Source: Calditrichales bacterium (GTDB lineage Bacteria > Calditrichota > Calditrichia > Calditrichales > J004). Taken from it: DNA of 64,000 nt. How positions within the stretch are numbered: position 1 is the first letter of the stretch; each line of letters begins with the position of its first letter. A program made the position numbers and the translations under genes. Positions 59,428 to 64,000 of this stretch are shown in pieces. The DNA lies in the NCBI GenBank assembly GCA_965267575.1, contig OZ254086.1, positions 4,512,001-4,576,000 on the forward strand, written 5' to 3'. The notes under the pieces were generated by a model that did no database searches, was not told the origin of the DNA, and saw nothing but the letters and a program-made list of their open reading frames with translations.

Positions 59428-60105
59428 ATGGACGTAAACAGCTTAAAGTACAGGGTTGAGCTGGCCATTACCGTTTTAAGCCTGCTCACAATCATCATTT
59501 TTCCGGCGATTGGTTTTGCGGTAGCTCTTCTGGCTATACTTGTCTATCTGACGATCGGTAAGACCAGAGTGGAAGACTTTCGCTCCATTGGTTTTAAATC
59601 ACCGCCAAACTGGTGGAGCACGATAATCATTTGCCTGTTCCTGGGCATCGCCATCGAAGTGGGTTTCCAGGTTTTTATCAATCCCCTGCTGGAGATGCTT
59701 ACCGCCTCTAAGATTGACTTGTCACAATTTGAAACTGTTCCGGGCAACGTCACCAATTTCCTGATATGGATTGTTATTGGCTGGATTGTCGGCGGTCTTT
59801 TTGAAGAGATCGTTTTTCGGGGGTTTTTAATTACCCGAATCTCTTCGCTTTTTAAGGACAGCAGGCTGGCCGGCGATATCACAGGCATCGTGCTGACCTC
59901 CGTGGCTTTCGGTATCAGTCACATGTACCAGGGCTGGAGCGGTGTTTTAAGCACCGGGCTGATTGCCGCGTTGTTTGGCATCATTTTTATCCGCAGCAAC
60001 AAAGTCTTATGGTATCCGATCCTTACCCATGGTTTTGTAAACATGGCCGGTTTTACCATCTTGTTTTATGATTATGGAGACAAATTGAATAATCTTATCT
60101 TTTAG
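59428..60105 (+). CDS. CPBP (CAAX/Abi) intramembrane metalloprotease
   Basis: EEIVFRGFL, FGISHMYQG and HGFVN. Confidence 0.9.
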   Translation: MDVNSLKYRVELAITVLSLLTIIIFPAIGFAVALLAILVYLTIGKTRVEDFRSIGFKSPPNWWSTIIICLFLGIAIEVGFQVFINPLLEMLTASKIDLSQFETVPGNVTNFLIWIVIGWIVGGLFEEIVFRGFLITRISSLFKDSRLAGDITGIVLTSVAFGISHMYQGWSGVLSTGLIAALFGIIFIRSNKVLWYPILTHGFVNMAGFTILFYDYGDKLNNLIF

Positions 60106-60128
60106 AATTGCCACAAAAACAATCGGTG

Positions 60129-60611
60129 ATGACAACCTTTATTAAAAACATTTTTCTCAGAATACGGCATGTGGCCCTTTACGGTTTGTTATTGGCTGTG
60201 CTGGTTTTTGTACTGAAATGGCTGCAATGGAAATACCTGATCGTTGATATCTCCATTGAACTTTACATCGGCCTGATCGCCCTCTTTTTCACCATCCTGG
60301 GGGTGTGGGTGGCCACGCAACTGGTGAAGCCTAAGGTGCATAAAGAGATCGTGGAAAAGGAAGTCTATGTCACGCCACCCGGCGCGGGTACAATCAACAA
60401 AAACAATCTTGAAAAGCTGAAACTGAGCAGCCGCGAATATGAAGTGCTGCAACTTTTGGCCCGTGGCCACAGCAACGCCGACATTGCCGAAAAACTGTTC
60501 CTATCGATTAGCACGGTCAAAACACACGTTTCCAATCTCTTTATAAAAATGGATGTAAAAAGCCGAACACAAGCCATCGAGAAGGCCGGCCGGCTGAATA
60601 TAATAGAATAA
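60129..60611 (+). CDS. Membrane-anchored LuxR-type HTH regulator
   Basis: Two N-terminal TMs and LSSREYEVL...TVKTHVSNLF. Confidence 0.9.
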   Translation: MTTFIKNIFLRIRHVALYGLLLAVLVFVLKWLQWKYLIVDISIELYIGLIALFFTILGVWVATQLVKPKVHKEIVEKEVYVTPPGAGTINKNNLEKLKLSSREYEVLQLLARGHSNADIAEKLFLSISTVKTHVSNLFIKMDVKSRTQAIEKAGRLNIIE

Positions 60612-60634
60612 ATCCGGAGAACGATTTCCAGGCT

Positions 60635-60661
60635 TGTCATCCCGGCCGCCGCGCCGGGATC
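60635..60661. repeat. Solo TGTC-tagged REP-like hairpin
   Basis: TGTC-ATCCCGGC-CGCCGC-GCCGGGAT-C. Confidence 0.55.
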
Positions 60662-60847
60662 ATTTTCGGCCCACAGGAAGATTCTTCATCCGGCAACCGT
60701 CGGATTCAGAACAATAAAGTAAAGCAATAACCCGGTACTTTAGCATGAGTTTTCACCGAAAAAGACAATTTTGGCACTAAAGTATGATTTAAATATCGCC
60801 ATCCTGTTTTATTATTGCGCCACACACAAACAAAGCGAGGAAAGCAG

Positions 60848-61372
60848 ATGAAGAAATATATTTTGATATTCGGCGGGATACCGGGCGCAATCCTGTGTAT
60901 TAATATGATCGTCATGGTCAACCTGATGTACAGCAACCCGCAGTTCAAAGGCAACGACATCCTGGGCTACGCCGTTATGGTGGTCGTTTTTTCGCTGATC
61001 TTTTTTGGCACCCGCAGTTACCGCAACAAGGAACTGGACGGCTTTATATCTTTTGGCAAAGCTTTTCAAACAGGCTTGTTGATTGCCTTTCTGGCATCGA
61101 CCATGTATGTGGTGGCGTGGCTGTTTTACTACTACCTGTTCGTGCCCGATTTCATTGATGTCTATATCCAACATGTGCTCAGGGATGTGCCCGGCGCCGA
61201 GCTTGCGGCTAAAAAAGCGGAAATGCAGAGCTTTAAGGAGATGTACAAAAACCCGCTGTTCGTCGTTCTCATTACCTATGCGGAAGTACTGCCTGTTGGA
61301 TTGCTGGTTGCCCTGGTAAGCGCATTGATCCTTAAAAAAAACCCGGCAGGGTCAACGCCGGACAGGCATTGA
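60848..61372 (+). CDS. DUF4199 domain membrane protein
   Basis: GFISFGKAF, YYLFVPDF and VALVSALIL. Confidence 0.85.
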   Translation: MKKYILIFGGIPGAILCINMIVMVNLMYSNPQFKGNDILGYAVMVVVFSLIFFGTRSYRNKELDGFISFGKAFQTGLLIAFLASTMYVVAWLFYYYLFVPDFIDVYIQHVLRDVPGAELAAKKAEMQSFKEMYKNPLFVVLITYAEVLPVGLLVALVSALILKKNPAGSTPDRH

Positions 61373-61439
61373 ATAGCTGAATGACTGAATGAGGGTGTTC
61401 ACGCCGGCTATGAGCGTAATTTAAAAGGAGAGAAAATCT

Positions 61440-62006
61440 ATGAGCGTTACAACTTCCACATTGTCCGCGCAACAACGGGATGATTTGATAAAGCTGCTAC
61501 AAAACCGCTTTGAAAAGAACAGGCAGCGTCACAAAGAGCTGGAATGGAAAAACGTTCTGAAACGGCTGGAAGCACATCCCGAAAAACTGTGGTCACTGAA
61601 TGAGATGGAGAGGACAGGCGGTGAGCCGGATGTCGTCGGCATGGATAAAGCGAGCGGCGCGCTTATTTTTTACGATTGCGCGGCGGAAAGCCCCAAAGGC
61701 CGCCGGAGCCTTTGTTACGATCACGAAGCACTGGAGGCGCGCAAGAAGCATAAACCCAAAGACAGCGCCATAAGCCTGGCAAAAGCTATGGACATCACCC
61801 TTTTAAACGAAGAGCAATACCGCGCATTGCAGCAGCTGGGCGCGTTTGACACCAAAACATCAAGCTGGATAGAAACACCCGCCGCCATCCGCAAGTTGGG
61901 TGGCGCCCTGTTCTGTGACCGGCGCTATGACCATGTTTTCACCTATCACAACGGCGCGGAGTCTTATTATGCCGCCCGGGGCTTCCGTGGCATGTTGAAG
62001 GTTTGA
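61440..62006 (+). CDS. DUF4256 domain protein
   Basis: MERTGGEPDVV, SPKGRRSLCYD and YHNGAESYYAARGFRG. Confidence 0.9.
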   Translation: MSVTTSTLSAQQRDDLIKLLQNRFEKNRQRHKELEWKNVLKRLEAHPEKLWSLNEMERTGGEPDVVGMDKASGALIFYDCAAESPKGRRSLCYDHEALEARKKHKPKDSAISLAKAMDITLLNEEQYRALQQLGAFDTKTSSWIETPAAIRKLGGALFCDRRYDHVFTYHNGAESYYAARGFRGMLKV

Positions 62007-62058
62007 ATATGGCTTTACATGATCCTTACTACATTCTTCGTAGTGATCAGGGGATAAA

Positions 62059-62811
62059 ATGAACACGCTCGTGCTTTTTCTTTATTTTATTTTGCATTTC
62101 TTTTTCTACCAAAGCGACTCCCAAAATTGTAAAGTCAAAATCGATCATACGCCGATTGTAGTAAAAAACCATGATAGTACCATACAGCGATTTAGGAATA
62201 TGGGGTTCGCGATCAAGCCCGGTTACGTTCATGACAATGGCGTTTTTAATAGTCATATCAAGTTCATGAATTTAACTGGAATAGAGGTTATCAGTATTGG
62301 AATACCGTCAGATGCAATCGCAAAAAGCTACGCAGATTTTTTGAGCGACGGTGAAGGCGGTACTTATTTGGCACTTACAACAGATTCACTCGAAGCAATA
62401 TTATCTCTTCTGAACAAATCAGATTTAGATTACCAGCTGCTGAACTCTGAATTATTTACGTATGTGATATTTGAGAAAACATCCGGATTGGAGCACGTTT
62501 TTCTAATCGAATACAAGAACCCGGTAAGAATTTCATCAAAATATTTAAACCATGTAATAGAAACAGACGGGATAAGCGCTGTGTGGCTTGAAGGCAATGA
62601 GGACACAGCGCGGTTTTTTCGGGTTGTTGGCTGCGAAGAATTGCAATCAGTAGATGCAGATGAAGTTACAACATTTCGATTGGCCAATGGCAAGGTATCC
62701 ATCATAAATACTCCGGCCACAACAAAATACCGGGTGCGGGGAATTAGTCTTACTCGTGACGTCACAAGTGTTGATTCTATGACAATTTCCGGCTTCAAAA
62801 TTGTTAAATAG
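62059..62811 (+). CDS. Glyoxalase-like (VOC) domain protein, AT-rich
   Basis: IDHTPIVV...MGFAIKPG...H.NG..NSHIKF and GEGG. Confidence 0.7.
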   Translation: MNTLVLFLYFILHFFFYQSDSQNCKVKIDHTPIVVKNHDSTIQRFRNMGFAIKPGYVHDNGVFNSHIKFMNLTGIEVISIGIPSDAIAKSYADFLSDGEGGTYLALTTDSLEAILSLLNKSDLDYQLLNSELFTYVIFEKTSGLEHVFLIEYKNPVRISSKYLNHVIETDGISAVWLEGNEDTARFFRVVGCEELQSVDADEVTTFRLANGKVSIINTPATTKYRVRGISLTRDVTSVDSMTISGFKIVK

Positions 62812-62824
62812 ATTGCGACTCTTA

Positions 62825-63272
62825 ATAATCAGCTAATCGCAATAATCACGGTTCAGACAGTTTCTGCCGGCGCATTATTAAACCACTAATTGGCCTGACC
62901 ACCAATTCATCCTACAGGCTGCGTAATCAATCCTGCGTCCCTTCTTTCTGCCAATTCAGCAAATGCCTGAAATATGATTTGAATGATTTTGTGATGGACT
63001 ATGATTAACAAACCGGCAACAGCTCAATCACACATTCAGCTAAACTTGATAATCACAGCTCAGACAGTTTTAGCGGTGCATTATTAAACCACAAATTGGC
63101 CTGTCCAACAATTCATCCTACAGGCTGCGTAATCAATCCTGCGTCCCTTCTTTCTGCCAATTCAGCAAATGTCTGAACTATGATTTGAATGATTTTGTGA
63201 TGGACTATGATTAACCAAATGACAATGGCTTTATCACATAATCAACTAATCACAATAATCACGGTTCAGACA
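62825..63272. repeat. About 206-bp tandem repeat (about 2.2 copies) containing a 103-bp TGTCTGAAC...GTTCAGACA inverted-repeat element
   Basis: CAGACA recurs at 62854, 63061 and 63267. The core CAATTCATCCTACAGGCTGCG...CAGCAAATG is duplicated. Confidence 0.9.
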
Positions 63273-63284
63273 AATTACATCATT

Positions 63285-64000
63285 TCACCCATTCCCCTGT
63301 TTCAGCAGGCGCGAAGAGTTGAGCAATATCCCCACATCCGGCAGGGATTGGGCGGCGGCAGCCAGCACCGGCGGCAAAAAGCCAAAGGCGGCCAGCGATA
63401 ATCCGGCCACGTTGTAGGCTGTTGTAAAGCCAAAATTCCAGCGGATAACGCGCATGGTTTTGCGGGCGGATTCCAGTAAGCCCGGTACCAGGTTCCAGTC
63501 ATCGCGGGTCAGCATAATGTCGGCTGTTTCGATGGCCACGTCGGTACCGGAGCTGCCCATGGCAATACCAACATCGGCCCGGGCCAGCGCCGGAGCGTCG
63601 TTGATACCGTCACCCACCATCACCACGGTATGGCCATCGTCCTGGTAGCGTTTGGCCACGGCGATCTTGTCCTGCGGCAGCAGCGCAGCCTGGTAATCAA
63701 TACCCAAACGTTCGGCCAGATGGCGCGCCGTCTGCTCGTTGTCACCGGTCAGAAGCTCGATCTTGTTTATGCCCATCTCACGGATGCGCTGCAGGGCTCC
63801 GGCCGCTTCCCCGCGTTCAGCGTCACGGGCGGCAAGCAGCCCCAGCAGGCTGCCGGCGCGCTGCACGGTGATCACCGTTTTGCCCTCTTCCTTCAGCGCG
63901 TCTATTTTACGGCGGGTTTCATCGTCGGCGTCGATTAAACGTTCGTTACCCACGGTGGCTGTTTCGCCGTTTATGCGTGCTTTCACACCGCTGCCGGTCA
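63285..64000 (-). CDS. Heavy-metal-translocating P1B-type ATPase, C-terminal part (continues beyond window)
   Basis: LTGDN, LLPQDK, MVGDGINDAPALA and GTDVAIETAD. Confidence 0.95.
   Translation of the reverse strand, partial: TGSGVKARINGETATVGNERLIDADDETRRKIDALKEEGKTVITVQRAGSLLGLLAARDAERGEAAGALQRIREMGINKIELLTGDNEQTARHLAERLGIDYQAALLPQDKIAVAKRYQDDGHTVVMVGDGINDAPALARADVGIAMGSSGTDVAIETADIMLTRDDWNLVPGLLESARKTMRVIRWNFGFTTAYNVAGLSLAAFGFLPPVLAAAAQSLPDVGILLNSSRLLKQGNG

Noticed and set aside
63207..63401. 64-aa ORF at the end of the tandem repeat
   Set aside because: It is made of repeat sequence plus the antisense of the ATPase gene.
1..64000. tRNA, rRNA, riboswitch or prophage
   Set aside because: None was recognised by eye. 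Infernal/Rfam and tRNAscan runs would be needed to exclude small RNAs in intergenic regions such as 23002-23280, 31894-32168 and 38816-39261.

Overview
Bacterial chromosomal window. Two secreted proteins carry NYPNPFNP/FlgD-Ig-type C-terminal sorting domains, which suggests an FCB-group lineage such as KSB1 or Calditrichota (inference). Contents from left to right: (1) a tightly coupled carotenoid operon (cyclase, CrtD-like, CrtI, CrtB, acyltransferase, glycosyltransferase, CruF-like, CrtW) with a TonB-dependent receptor inside it; (2) an AT-rich island with a membrane protein, an IS1595 scar and a NACHT NTPase; (3) the most striking feature, an intact stand-alone 95-aa GIY-YIG nuclease gene inside an array of TGTC-tagged REP-like palindromic doublets (TGTCATTTCGAA...TTCGAAATGACA), with a second cluster 2.4 kb downstream and divergent solo copies elsewhere, an arrangement like REPIN-RAYT loci but with GIY-YIG in place of the RAYT; (4) secreted proteins and a beta-propeller two-component system; (5) transporters, a toxin-antitoxin pair, an acyl-CoA ligase and a sulfatase maturase; (6) a Fur-box-controlled metal/Fe-S operon; (7) accessory genes, further palindromic repeat families and the 3' end of a heavy-metal P-type ATPase. 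No rRNA, tRNA or CRISPR-Cas was recognised. All family assignments are by eye from motifs; no searches were run.
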